A DNA stretch of 37,258 bases from Candidatus Methylomirabilales bacterium (GCA_046758505.1 JBHIAH010000019.1:1-37258); one strand, 5' to 3'; shown: positions 17,124 through 26,408, counted from the stretch's first letter. Program-made: numbers and translations. The notes: generated by a model not told the origin, from the letters alone.

Positions 17124-17152
17124 AGCCTATTTTGCATCTCACAGGCTGTCAA
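17124..17152 (-). promoter_or_regulatory. Sigma70 promoter for the XRE gene
   Basis: TTGACA-17 nt-TAGGCT. Confidence 0.65.
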
Positions 17153-17365
17153 GCATGATGTACAGCTCGGGCGCAAGCTTCGAATCTTGATATACACACG
17201 TACCACTCTCCACCTCGATCCGTGGGTACGGCCGCGGCCGCACTCTGGTGACTTCCATCAACAGACAACCCCGGCAACGCCAATCGCTGATCGGGAAGGC
17301 GGTCCGGTCCATCCGAGGTGGACACACCGCATCGTGCAAACCACGACCGCTCGTGAACTATGCCG

Positions 17366-17394
17366 TTGACATCGCACGGGCGGATTGTTAGCAT
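17366..17394 (+). promoter_or_regulatory. Sigma70 promoter (extended -10) for the repeat/PilZ gene
   Basis: TTGACA-17 nt-TAGCAT with TG at the extended -10 position. Confidence 0.7.
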
Positions 17395-17436
17395 CCGACA
17401 ATTACAGTCCTCCCTAGGTTGGCGCGGGTGGTGCCG

Positions 17437-18639
17437 ATGCACGACCTCAGGAACATGGCCAAGGCGCCCATGGAGCTCTTCGGCACGTTCGTGACACAGG
17501 CGTGCTCAATCTTGACCGAGGAAGGGCTCACCGCCGCCGCCGCATTGGAAAAGTTCCAGCACGCCCGAGAGATCCTCGGCCGGGACACGGAAGGGCTGCT
17601 CAAGACCTTTCGCCTGAAGCTCATTCAGAAGGAAGAGGAGCTCCAGGCGATACTCCGTCCCCCCCGGCGGGATTTAATTGGGCAGGCCCGCGAGGCTATC
17701 AGACAACTCTACCAAGTCGTTGGCCGCTTCTCCTTGAGGAATAAGCTAACCCCTACCCTCCAGGGGCAATCCCTTTCCGCCGTGCTCGCCGCCCACCAGG
17801 AGGCCCTCGCCAAAGCTGATACCGATGCGATCGAGCTCTTCGAGGCCGAGGCCGAGCGGCTCCTCGCCCGCAAGAATGAGGATTTGGCCGAACAGGCCCT
17901 GAAGGCTGTTTTCGAACTCGCGCGGACCATCACGCGCTTCTCCTTGAAGGAGAAGCTGACCCGCGCCTGGGAGGATCAACCGGCTTCCGCCCTGCTCGCC
18001 GCGTACCAAGAGGCCCTCGCCAAAGCTGATACCGATGCGATCGAGCTCTTCGAGGCCGAGGCCGAGCGGCTCCTCGCCCGCAAGGGAGACCCGCAGGCGC
18101 TCTCCGCGTTCGCCACCCTCAGGGCCCAACCCCTGGAGTCTCGTCTGACACCTGCCCAGAGGGAAGCCAAGGCAACCCTTCAGGAACTGCGACGGATCAA
18201 GGAAGAGGCCGCGCTCGCCATGTGTTTGCTCGCCTCCATCTCGAAATTCCACGCCAGGCTCATCCCTTTGTGCACACAGTGGAGGAGGGAGGTACGACAC
18301 CGCCTGGAAGGAGAAGGCCAGCGAGGTATCTCCGCGGCACTTCACACGGAGACACATCCTCAGCTTCCCGTGATCTTGGTGGACTGGAGCAAGAGCGGCC
18401 TGCGGGTGCAGTGCTGCGCGATGTTTCCCCCGGACACGATCCTAGTCCTCTCCTTACAACCTTCACGGGTGAAGGAGCAAGCCCTTTCGTTGAAAGGAGA
18501 GGTGCGGTGGTTTCAGGAGGAACCGAACCATCCGGGGCGGTACACCCTCGGCCTCCGGATCGTGAAGGGCGTGGAAACGCCGTGGTGGGAACGCTTTCCT
18601 ACACTCATGGAGCAGTCGACGCAACGGGATGCCCTGTAA
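17437..18639 (+). CDS. Helical protein with 70-aa tandem duplication and C-terminal PilZ domain
   Basis: PilZ motifs RREVRHR and VDWSKSGL, plus LKGEVRW and YTLGLRI. Start ATG 17437 or 17455. Confidence 0.75.
   Translation: MHDLRNMAKAPMELFGTFVTQACSILTEEGLTAAAALEKFQHAREILGRDTEGLLKTFRLKLIQKEEELQAILRPPRRDLIGQAREAIRQLYQVVGRFSLRNKLTPTLQGQSLSAVLAAHQEALAKADTDAIELFEAEAERLLARKNEDLAEQALKAVFELARTITRFSLKEKLTRAWEDQPASALLAAYQEALAKADTDAIELFEAEAERLLARKGDPQALSAFATLRAQPLESRLTPAQREAKATLQELRRIKEEAALAMCLLASISKFHARLIPLCTQWRREVRHRLEGEGQRGISAALHTETHPQLPVILVDWSKSGLRVQCCAMFPPDTILVLSLQPSRVKEQALSLKGEVRWFQEEPNHPGRYTLGLRIVKGVETPWWERFPTLMEQSTQRDAL
17800..18084 (+). repeat. Exact 75-nt direct repeat, period 210 nt, within the CDS
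   Basis: 17800-17874 is identical to 18010-18084. Confidence 0.95.
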
Positions 18640-18760
18640 GGCTCGACCCGCGGCCCGGAGAAGGGGGGGTGAGGTCGGCGAGTGGGCGGCACGTGCTAAA
18701 TCTGAAGGGGGGTCCTGTTCACCGAGAGGGCGCCGAAGCCGGCACGCTGCTGATTGGACA

Positions 18761-19483
18761 TTAGGTCTCTACGTTTTCAAATGCCATGGCGACCCGGTAG
18801 GTCTTGAAGCGGATCGTCTCGGCCACTGCCGCGGCAGCGTAGCTCAGGTTTTTGGGGGCCTCTTCGACCAGAATCACCCCCCGCACCTGCTGCTTTCCCT
18901 TTCCCAGGTGCTTGCGGACCCACCCGACCCGCTGCAGCATTTCCGCGACCAACTTCTCTCCCTGTCCCCGTCCAGCGACCGTCACCACCACCAAAACCCC
19001 ACGTCCATCCCGGACCAGCAGATCGATGGTGCCCACCCCGGTGGAAAATCCCGGTCCGATCGGTTTCCCATTTTTGTCACTCACCAGGCGTAACCCGGGT
19101 TCCAGCATCTCCGGCTGCTCTGCCAACAGCTCTCGGAGCCCGACCGGATCCAGGGCAAAAACGGGGGTATCCGCACCGGGATTCCCCTGAACTCCCATGG
19201 CTGCCTCTGCTTTCTCCATCTCGGCTCCGAGGTCCGGGGGCGTGCCATCGTCCATGTCCGGGTCGGCCGACTCCTGGACGAGCGTCGGGGCCTCGGCGGA
19301 TCCCGCCTCCTGCTCTGCCCGAGACCCCCCCTCATCCCCCCGGATGTAGAAGACGTTCGACTCCGCCCCCACGACATAACCGCAGAGCGAACAGGTCGTC
19401 TCCCCATCCTTGAGCGGTGTCCCACAGAGCCTGCAGGTGGGTGCCTCCTCACGCCCCCACAGTTTCTTGATTCGTTCCCTCAT
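18761..19483 (-). CDS. Zinc-ribbon + degenerate NucS/DUF91-like PD-(D/E)xK domain protein
   Basis: CRLC..CSLC; LLAEQPEMLEPGLRLV..GTIDLLVRDGRGVLVVV..GWVRKHL..VRGVIL. Confidence 0.7.
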   Translation of the reverse strand: MRERIKKLWGREEAPTCRLCGTPLKDGETTCSLCGYVVGAESNVFYIRGDEGGSRAEQEAGSAEAPTLVQESADPDMDDGTPPDLGAEMEKAEAAMGVQGNPGADTPVFALDPVGLRELLAEQPEMLEPGLRLVSDKNGKPIGPGFSTGVGTIDLLVRDGRGVLVVVTVAGRGQGEKLVAEMLQRVGWVRKHLGKGKQQVRGVILVEEAPKNLSYAAAAVAETIRFKTYRVAMAFENVET

Positions 19484-19546
19484 GCCCGTATAACCTTCCG
19501 GCCAGCCTTGTGGCGGGAGACGGCGGGATTCCCCGTCCGCTCCGGG

Positions 19547-19562
19547 AGCAAGAATTGTGCCC
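19547..19562 (-). promoter_or_regulatory. Sigma54 (-24/-12) promoter candidate
   Basis: GGGCACA-ATTC-TTGCT, 64 nt upstream of ATG 19483. Confidence 0.55.
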
Positions 19563-19745
19563 GAAGCTGATTCCTCCGTTCCAGCCGGTGATTTTCACGT
19601 CATCTTGACGACTGCTCGTGTGGGCAGGTCCTCGGGGGGATCGTCTCGGGGGGCCGAACTCTAATATTTTACCCTTTTTCCCGGTCCGGGGGCAACTGTG
19701 TCGCGAGACCTACAGTCCCCGCGGGTCTCGATCCGGGCCGCGCGA

Positions 19746-20255
19746 TCACGCCGTCGTCAGGGGGCCACAGGAGGATCCCCGGTCAAGGCGCTGATGCGCC
19801 ACATCCAGATCTGAGCCCGCCCCCCCTCCATTCGTCGTCATGTCCCCTACTTCAGGAGGGAGGCACCATCGCACGCTGCTCAGGGAGTCGCTGAACTCAT
19901 CGACCACGTACGCCTTGATCAGCCGCCAGGCCGATCCGGAGGTATCCAGAAACTCCACGCCGGTCCGATAGACCAGATCTCGCTCCCCAGAGGCGCAGAT
20001 GTGATATCGGTCAACGAGCGATCGGACGGCCCGGCACTTCATGCCAATCCTCTGATCATGGACTGGGAGGGACAGGAAGGCCATGGCTCCAGGGCGGACA
20101 ACGTTCGGGTGCTCGAGCAAGGCCCCTCCCATGCTGATATCAACCAGGGATACCCCGTGGCAGATGCCTGTCTTGAGGACCGTAATCCGTCCCGCCGCCT
20201 GGCGCCCTGCGTCCCACCGGAGATGGCACCGCCTCTCCCCGTTTCGCCGGTGCAT
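19746..20255 (-). CDS. PilZ domain protein
   Basis: ERRCHLR and VDISMGG motifs, YRTGVEF; ATG 20255 follows GGAG. Confidence 0.8.
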   Translation of the reverse strand: MHRRNGERRCHLRWDAGRQAAGRITVLKTGICHGVSLVDISMGGALLEHPNVVRPGAMAFLSLPVHDQRIGMKCRAVRSLVDRYHICASGERDLVYRTGVEFLDTSGSAWRLIKAYVVDEFSDSLSSVRWCLPPEVGDMTTNGGGAGSDLDVAHQRLDRGSSCGPLTTA

Positions 20256-20324
20256 CGATTCGCCTCGCTCTCCTCGCACTCGCCGCGACGGACTCTTTTC
20301 CCTCAGAAGGTCCGGGGGGAAGGC

Positions 20325-20930
20325 TTACTTGCTCTGGGCCACCGATTCCGCGCCAACCTTGGGAGTCAAGATCCGCATGGTGACCCGACGGTTCTTGGCC
20401 CGCCCCTCCTCGGAATTATTGTCAGCCACCGGCGTCTCTTTCCCGAACCCGACCCACGAGATTCGACGGGTTCCGATCCCAAAGTTGTGGACCAAATGCC
20501 GTACGACCGAAGCTGCCCGCTCCCGACTAAGGTGAAGGTTATACAGCGTCGGGCCCACCGCATCGGTATGCCCCTCCAATTCGACCAGCGTGTTCGGATC
20601 TTCCTTGAGGATCCGGCCCACCTCGACCAGCGTTGTGATGGCGGCATCCTTTAACTCCGCCTTGTTGAAGTCAAAATAGACTGCCCGTGTTTCCCGCACG
20701 TCGTACATATTTCGATTGGCAAACTTTCGCGAGAACTTGCCTTCCATCGCATCGAGCCGCGCGGTAATGGCGTCCACCTGCTGCTGGCGCGCCTCTGACT
20801 CCTGGGCAATCTTCTCATCCATCATGCCCAGTTGCTCCTTGACGTACTTGACAGTTGCGCAGCCCGAGGCAAACGGGACTGTCAAGAGCAAGAGCAATAT
20901 CTTTCGGTGAAACAGGTGCTTGACCATCAC
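20325..20930 (-). CDS. OmpA-family peptidoglycan-binding lipoprotein
   Basis: Lipobox ASGC; VYFDFNKAEL, LEGHTDAVG, YNLHLSRERA, GFGKETPVADN, GRAKNRRV. Confidence 0.92.
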   Translation of the reverse strand: MMVKHLFHRKILLLLLTVPFASGCATVKYVKEQLGMMDEKIAQESEARQQQVDAITARLDAMEGKFSRKFANRNMYDVRETRAVYFDFNKAELKDAAITTLVEVGRILKEDPNTLVELEGHTDAVGPTLYNLHLSRERAASVVRHLVHNFGIGTRRISWVGFGKETPVADNNSEEGRAKNRRVTMRILTPKVGAESVAQSK

Positions 20931-21004
20931 GTGTCCTCCTCTCGGTGATCTCTCCCGCCCCCGATGTAGGCCGGACCTCGTCGGGAGCAGAGCGGTCCCG
21001 CTCG

Positions 21005-21631
21005 CTACCGGACCGTGAATTGTATGATCGCGGTGTCGAGGCCCCCTTCCGCCTGCACGGCGACGGCCACGTTGTACGTGCCGGCTTCGGCGTCGCTCGG
21101 CAGCTTGAGGGGAACCGTACTCGCCCAGGTCCCGGCCTTCCGCTTCACATCCAGAACAGGATTCCCCACGAGCCGCCCTCGCGTACTGATCTCGCGCCGC
21201 TCCGTCACCGAAACCTCCCGGTTGGGGTCCGGGGTGAGGAGCGCATACTGGACGATAAGATGGATGGTATCCCCCGGCCCGACCGTGGATGGTTGGGCCT
21301 TTACCTTTTCGATGCGGATGGTCGTCTCTTGCTTCGGCGTGTAGTTATACGTCTTGGCCGTAGCCGGGTAGTCCCGCTGGCGGGCCTCCATGGCATTTCC
21401 GATCAGCCCGCCCGCCAGGGTGCCCAAAAGACCCCCGGCGAGGGCGCCGGCGGTGCTGTTGAAGATCAGCCCACCGAGCAAGAGGCCGCCTGCCGCGCCG
21501 GCGGCCGCCCCAACCACCGCCCCCGGATGCTCCCTCACCTTCTGTTGGAGTGAGGCACAGCCCACCGCCGAGCCAGCGACGAGCAGCACGCAGAGCCCAA
21601 GCGCCAGCGCCTGCCGTGAGATCCCCTCCAT
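21005..21631 (-). CDS. Glycine-zipper lipoprotein with C-terminal Ig-like domain
   Basis: ATG 21631 follows GGAGG; lipobox AVGC; GAVVGAAAGAAGG..GALAGGLLGTLAGGLIGN; beta-rich C-terminus (P..AEAGTY.V). Confidence 0.8.
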   Translation of the reverse strand: MEGISRQALALGLCVLLVAGSAVGCASLQQKVREHPGAVVGAAAGAAGGLLLGGLIFNSTAGALAGGLLGTLAGGLIGNAMEARQRDYPATAKTYNYTPKQETTIRIEKVKAQPSTVGPGDTIHLIVQYALLTPDPNREVSVTERREISTRGRLVGNPVLDVKRKAGTWASTVPLKLPSDAEAGTYNVAVAVQAEGGLDTAIIQFTVR

Positions 21632-21921
21632 ATCCTCCCCCCTCCCTTCGCCACCGGTGACAAACGCCGCGTTTGGAAAGATCCATCCCCTGACGCCAGC
21701 ACAGGGCAACTTTGCCTCTTTGTAGTAAACCCCGGCAACACCGAGGGGTCTAGGCCTCCCCGGGGCTCTGCCTGGCCGCTCAGCGCCCTGCGCCATTGAG
21801 CCACGTGCGGCTCACACGCCGCACCTTCATTCAGCCAGCAGGACCGCTGAGATGCGCCCCCACGAGGCCCTCTGGACTGGAATCTGTTTGCGCGCAGGAG
21901 AAACCTGTGCGTGGCGAAAGG

Positions 21922-21937
21922 GCACGTTCCATGCCAA
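21922..21937 (-). promoter_or_regulatory. Sigma54 promoter candidate for the lipoprotein-OmpA-PilZ genes
   Basis: TTGGCATG-GAAC-GTGC with correct GG/GC spacing. Confidence 0.6.
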
Positions 21938-22048
21938 TCGCGCGGAAGTCGCCCTCGGGACGAGAGATCCTCCGGATCATATCGGTTTTGCTTGGAATTG
22001 CCAGGAGTGGAGGAGGGGGCGCGGCTTTCCTGTATGGGCTAAGAGTAC

Positions 22049-22079
22049 GTAAGAATTACACGGGCAATGTAAGGTTTAC
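22049..22079. promoter_or_regulatory. Twin GTAA-N3-TTAC palindromes (candidate enhancer-binding sites)
   Basis: GTAAgaaTTAC at 22049-22059 and GTAAggtTTAC at 22069-22079. Confidence 0.6.
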
Positions 22080-22329
22080 GGATGATATCTGCCCCCGGGG
22101 GCACACCCCCCTTTTAACATGGCACGCGCCTCCCTGGAGCCAGCCCGCCACGGCTCGCAGCGGATCGGCGGGTCGTGTGGGTATGAGATGCCGGGCACAC
22201 TAGCCACTTCTCCGAGAAACCTTGACCGGCACCAGCCGAGGGTGTATCGTGAAAAACCAGGGCCATCGACGAACAACAGGTACCTCTTCGCGAGTCGACA
22301 CGGGAGGTCCCGGTCACAGGGGGGGGAGG

Positions 22330-23229
22330 ATGACCTTCCGGGAGACGCTGACCCGCTGGGTGCGCAAAGCACGGAACGATTCGTTTCCCTGTCCCGCCTG
22401 TCAAAACCCCCTTTCCCACGAACATTCCTTTTGCCCCCATTGCTATATGGTTCTCCGGCCGGAGGGCATGGCGGCACTCCAGCAGACCCTCCAGGGGGCG
22501 AAGGTCCGGGAGGACGTCTATATCCTGAGACAACTCCATCACGGAGACGGAGAGGGCACCACCCTCCTCGCCTACGATCCCCCACCGGAGTCCGGGTCGC
22601 CGCCCTCATCACCCCACGCAACGGAGGTCCCGCCGGCCCCATCGGGGCAAGAAACCGGGCCTCCCCGGCGCACCCCAAAGCCCCGAAGACAACAGCAGGA
22701 GATTCAACCAGAGCCGATGGCGTCTGCCTTTTCCGCTGAGCCTCCCCTTTCTGTCGGCCCCGAGGACCTCCCCGCTCTCATCCGGTGGTTTTTGAACCAC
22801 GACCGCTCCATCCCCAACAATTTGGCAGTCCTCGAGGAGGCCCACCGCATCGTTGACGGAGGCGAACACCACTGGACGTACGAGCGGCGCCTCGCGTGGG
22901 TCATCGCTGATGACCTTCGCACGTACGATTCTCCAGAGGTGCTTCAGGAGCACCTGGCCCTTCTGACGACGGTTTACGCCCGGACGATCCAGGCCCTCCG
23001 CAGGCTCGGCTCGCACCATCCAGGACTCCGATCTCCAGCCGACCTGCCGGAAGCAGAGCAACGGGAGATGTGGGAGCTCTGTCGCCGGCTCGGTTTCACG
23101 GCGACCCGGCTGCGGGTGGAGTCGTGGATTTACCGGCGGCGCCACGGTGAGCCTCCCAGCGTCAAGCCCCATACCCCCCAACGCCGGTCGAGCGTGCGGG
23201 CCTACGCAGGACCCCGGAATCCTCGATGA
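22330..23229 (+). CDS. Hypothetical protein with N-terminal zinc ribbon and Pro-rich linker
   Basis: ATG 22330 follows a G-rich RBS; CPAC..FCPHC. Confidence 0.7.
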   Translation: MTFRETLTRWVRKARNDSFPCPACQNPLSHEHSFCPHCYMVLRPEGMAALQQTLQGAKVREDVYILRQLHHGDGEGTTLLAYDPPPESGSPPSSPHATEVPPAPSGQETGPPRRTPKPRRQQQEIQPEPMASAFSAEPPLSVGPEDLPALIRWFLNHDRSIPNNLAVLEEAHRIVDGGEHHWTYERRLAWVIADDLRTYDSPEVLQEHLALLTTVYARTIQALRRLGSHHPGLRSPADLPEAEQREMWELCRRLGFTATRLRVESWIYRRRHGEPPSVKPHTPQRRSSVRAYAGPRNPR

Positions 23230-23321
23230 CCCCTACCGGGGCCTGACCCCGCGTGACCCCTCGTCCTGCGCCCGCTGCGGGCATGCGGAGCTCTCCGTCA
23301 CCTGTCCGGGATTTGGTGGCC

Positions 23322-23633
23322 TCAGCAATCCTCGCAGCACGGGGATAGGTCTGAACGGACGAACAGCCCCGCAAAGTCCGCCTTCCGCAGCACATAGTGG
23401 TGTTTGTCGGACAGCGCTCCGGTCAAAAGGATCTCCGAGAGTACGACGATAGCCACGCCCTCACGCGTCGTCTCGAATTCCACCTCGAACCGATCGCCCG
23501 CGATGTGGGGCTCGTAGTAGTCGCCGTACTTCAGCCCAGGCCGCTGCTCCAGCAAACGTTGCAGGACCTGGCCGTTCCCCGGGGCCCCGAGATACTTCAA
23601 GATTGCACTCTTCCTTAACGTCACCCTCTCCAC
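23322..23633 (-). CDS. Small hypothetical protein with Cys-rich C-terminus (PCCEDC)
   Basis: GTG 23633 follows GGAGG; globular-looking composition. Confidence 0.65.
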   Translation of the reverse strand: MERVTLRKSAILKYLGAPGNGQVLQRLLEQRPGLKYGDYYEPHIAGDRFEVEFETTREGVAIVVLSEILLTGALSDKHHYVLRKADFAGLFVRSDLSPCCEDC

Positions 23634-23762
23634 CGCGAATCCCTCCTTCCACCCAGACCTCCGTTGGGCGCCCGAATCCCCCCGCGGCTGTTTCATTCCG
23701 GGCGCGCGTGGGACCCTTCCTTCCGGATGGACTCGGTGGTGTTTCGCGCTCTCGCGGGGGCG

Positions 23763-25130
23763 CTAATGGTTTTTCCTCCTGCGATACACTCGGTCCTTAA
23801 TCACACTGACAATCCACACCACGCTCTGCCTGAGGCTCGCGTCCCCCGGCCGCACGGTGGCCTCGATCTTCTCCACCTCTTCGCCGATGGCCGCCTCGAG
23901 GAACGACGATTTCTCGATCGCCAGGACCTGAGACGGATACACACTCCGATGGCCCGTCATCACAAAGCTCACCACACACGCGACGGCGGCGTACGGGGCG
24001 ATCTTTGCGCCGAAATACTCCACAGCCATAATACTTGCCGCAATGGGGGTATTGGCCGCCCCCGCCAGAAGACCCACCAACCCGATGGCCGCAAAGGTGC
24101 CTGGGTCGACATTGAACACTGTCGCAAAGAGCGTTCCAGCCGTCGCCCCGACAAAGAATATCGGCGTCACAATCCCGCCACTCCCCCCGAAGTTGAGCGT
24201 CAGGCTGGTAAAAATGACCTTCAGAATAAAGGCATACCACACCACCCTTTCGCCCCCCAGGGACGCCTCGATCGTTCCCAGCCCGAGCCCGAGATACTGC
24301 GTGGAAAACAACAAGGTTAAACCCGCCAGCAGGCCCCCGCCGATGATTCCCTTCCACGGGCTCCATATGCGTCCCATGTCCGCGAGCTTTTTCCCGACCT
24401 TTAAGACCTCAATGAGAAAACATGAGCACAAGCCAAAGAAAATACCTGCCAGGACCACTTTTATGAAGAAGGAGTGGCTGAAGACCGGCACAAACGCGAT
24501 CGGGTGGTAAAAATATGTAATCCCCAATGCGGACGACACCTGATAGCTGATCAGCCCCGCAACGAAAGAAGGGAGAAGGACGTCGTAGACGATGCTGCCC
24601 ACAAAGAGTACTTCAACGCCAAAGATCGCGCCGGCGATGGGTGTGCCGAACACCGAAGCAAAGCCGGCGCTGATCCCACACACAACCACCTTCTTGCGAT
24701 CGCGGTCATTAAATCGGAGCAGATCGGCGACCAGGGATGCCAGCCCCCCACCTATTTGCGCACACGGTCCCTCTTTGCCTACCGAGCCGCCCAGCGCAAG
24801 CGTGATAATCGTCGTCAGAAACTTCACCGGCACGACCAGGGGCTTTATCTTCCCGGACCGCTTGTGCACCGCTTCAATCACCTTCTCCGTCCCGTGCCCT
24901 TCGGCGTCCGGAGCTAAATATTGCGTGAGGAGGATACTGGCGAACAAGGCGACGGGCAGCAACACGAAATAGTAGGGAACCTGACTACCAAGTCTGATGC
25001 TCCAGTTCAAGACTTTCAAAAACACTGCTGTGGACAAACCCACAATGAGACCGATCACTGTGGCCAGAATAAACCAACGAAGAATACTGATGAAAATGAC
25101 CGATTCTTCGGTGAATACTCGTGTCTTCAT
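23763..25130 (-). CDS. CLC/EriC-family chloride channel or H+/anion antiporter
   Basis: GHGTE, GGSVGKEGP, AGFASVFGTPIAGAIFGVE, GGIVTP, ANTPIA, SVY.SQ. Confidence 0.93.
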   Translation of the reverse strand: MKTRVFTEESVIFISILRWFILATVIGLIVGLSTAVFLKVLNWSIRLGSQVPYYFVLLPVALFASILLTQYLAPDAEGHGTEKVIEAVHKRSGKIKPLVVPVKFLTTIITLALGGSVGKEGPCAQIGGGLASLVADLLRFNDRDRKKVVVCGISAGFASVFGTPIAGAIFGVEVLFVGSIVYDVLLPSFVAGLISYQVSSALGITYFYHPIAFVPVFSHSFFIKVVLAGIFFGLCSCFLIEVLKVGKKLADMGRIWSPWKGIIGGGLLAGLTLLFSTQYLGLGLGTIEASLGGERVVWYAFILKVIFTSLTLNFGGSGGIVTPIFFVGATAGTLFATVFNVDPGTFAAIGLVGLLAGAANTPIAASIMAVEYFGAKIAPYAAVACVVSFVMTGHRSVYPSQVLAIEKSSFLEAAIGEEVEKIEATVRPGDASLRQSVVWIVSVIKDRVYRRRKNH

Positions 25131-25274
25131 GTTCTCGATCTTCTCAGGAATGACCGGGTGATGGAGGAAACGGCGGTGCGCACCAGCACCGTCGCGGCCT
25201 GAAATGCATCGGGGCGAGTGGCATTTTTGAAGGTCATGACGGGGACCTGTCGACTGCCTGAACCATGTTCCTCC

Positions 25275-26273
25275 TTAGTCTTCCGCCGGGGGGGCGTCCC
25301 CCGACGCCTCTTCCTGCCCTTGGGCCTCGGTGGCTACTCGTCCCCTCGATTCGGCCTCACGCCGGGGCTGCACCGCCAGGACCGGACAGGGTGCCTTTCG
25401 GATCACCGCCTCGGCCACGCTGCCGAGGAGAACGTGGCTGAGGCCGGTGCGCCCCCGGGTCCCCATGACGATCAGGTCGACCTGCTCCTCCTCAGCCTCG
25501 GCCACGATGACCGCGGCGGGGACCCCCACCTGCACCTTCGCCCGGGCGCGCAGCCCGAGCACCTCGACCACGTGCTGGCGGCGGGCGAGCTCGTCCTCGA
25601 GCGATTCCAGGTACCGTTCCTGCTTCCCGGCGGGGAGGGGGACGGGGGTCTCCACCCCCCCAGCCAGGCCACCCGGGCGCACCACGTGGAGCAGGAGGAG
25701 CTCCGCCCCAAAGACATCGGCCAATGTAAGGGCATGGTGCCAGGCCCCTTCGGAGACCGGGGAGAGATCGGTCGCCCACAGGATCCGCTGAACTGCGGTC
25801 AGGGGGCGGTCCCCCTGCCCAAGGCGGAGGGCGAGGACGGGGACGGGGACATTCCGGAGCACCGCCTCGGTGACACTCCCGAGCAACAGGTGGGCGAGGC
25901 CGGTGCGCCCTTCGGTCGCCATGAGGATGAGATCGGCCCGGCTCCGGTGGGCCGCCCAGGCGATCCCGGGGGTCGGCTCCCCCACCTTTACCTTGCACGC
26001 GACCGTAAGGAACCGCCGGAGCTCGGCCGGCACGGCGGCCTCCAGCCATTCCCGGAGCTGGTCACGCACCTCCTCCAGGACCTCCACCTGGGTCCGGGCC
26101 AGCGTCTCTCCCAGCCGGTGGACCAACTCCACGCCTGGGAGGGCGTGGAAGAGGATGAGCTCGGCCTCGGCCCGCAAGGCCAGCCGGGCGGCGAGGCGGC
26201 AGGCGACCGTGGCGGCGGGGGAAAAGTCGGTGGGGACGAGAATCCGGGTGATCCGCGCGGTCGTGCTCAACAC
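25275..26273 (-). CDS. Tandem-domain universal stress protein
   Basis: Two USP domains: ILVPTDFS..DLILMAT.GRTG..LLGSVTE.V and ILWATD.S..DLIVMGTRGRTG..LLGSVAE.V..PCPV; RBS AGGAGG before GTG 26273/TTG 26270. Confidence 0.93.
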   Translation of the reverse strand: MLSTTARITRILVPTDFSPAATVACRLAARLALRAEAELILFHALPGVELVHRLGETLARTQVEVLEEVRDQLREWLEAAVPAELRRFLTVACKVKVGEPTPGIAWAAHRSRADLILMATEGRTGLAHLLLGSVTEAVLRNVPVPVLALRLGQGDRPLTAVQRILWATDLSPVSEGAWHHALTLADVFGAELLLLHVVRPGGLAGGVETPVPLPAGKQERYLESLEDELARRQHVVEVLGLRARAKVQVGVPAAVIVAEAEEEQVDLIVMGTRGRTGLSHVLLGSVAEAVIRKAPCPVLAVQPRREAESRGRVATEAQGQEEASGDAPPAED

Positions 26274-26338
26274 TCCCCTCCTGGCTCGGTGCTTCGAGAC
26301 CACAATTCCCGGTCGGGGCCAGAGCCCTGACCTATCCC

Positions 26339-26383
26339 AAAAACAAAACGCCCCCCGGGGGCATACGCACCCCGGGAAGGCGT
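26339..26383 (-). terminator. Intrinsic terminator in the 5' leader of the USP gene
   Basis: ACGCCTTCCCGGGGTGC-GTAT-GCCCCCGGGGGGCGT followed by TTTGTTTTT. Confidence 0.75.
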
Positions 26384-26408
26384 CTGAATTCCTGGTGCAC
26401 CATCGCGT

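Noticed and set aside
17139..17339. 66-aa ORF resembling a Com-like zinc ribbon (DWRCRGCLL)
   Set aside because: The second Cys pair is incomplete, there is no clear RBS and it overlaps the XRE promoter; at best a remnant.
17800..18084. Diversity-generating retroelement TR/VR pair
   Set aside because: Both copies are in-frame parts of one CDS, the differences are not adenine-specific, and no reverse transcriptase is present.
21690..21730. c-di-GMP-I riboswitch (GCACAGGGCAAC)
   Set aside because: No GAAA tetraloop or GACGCAAAGC motif, and it is antisense to the adjacent gene.
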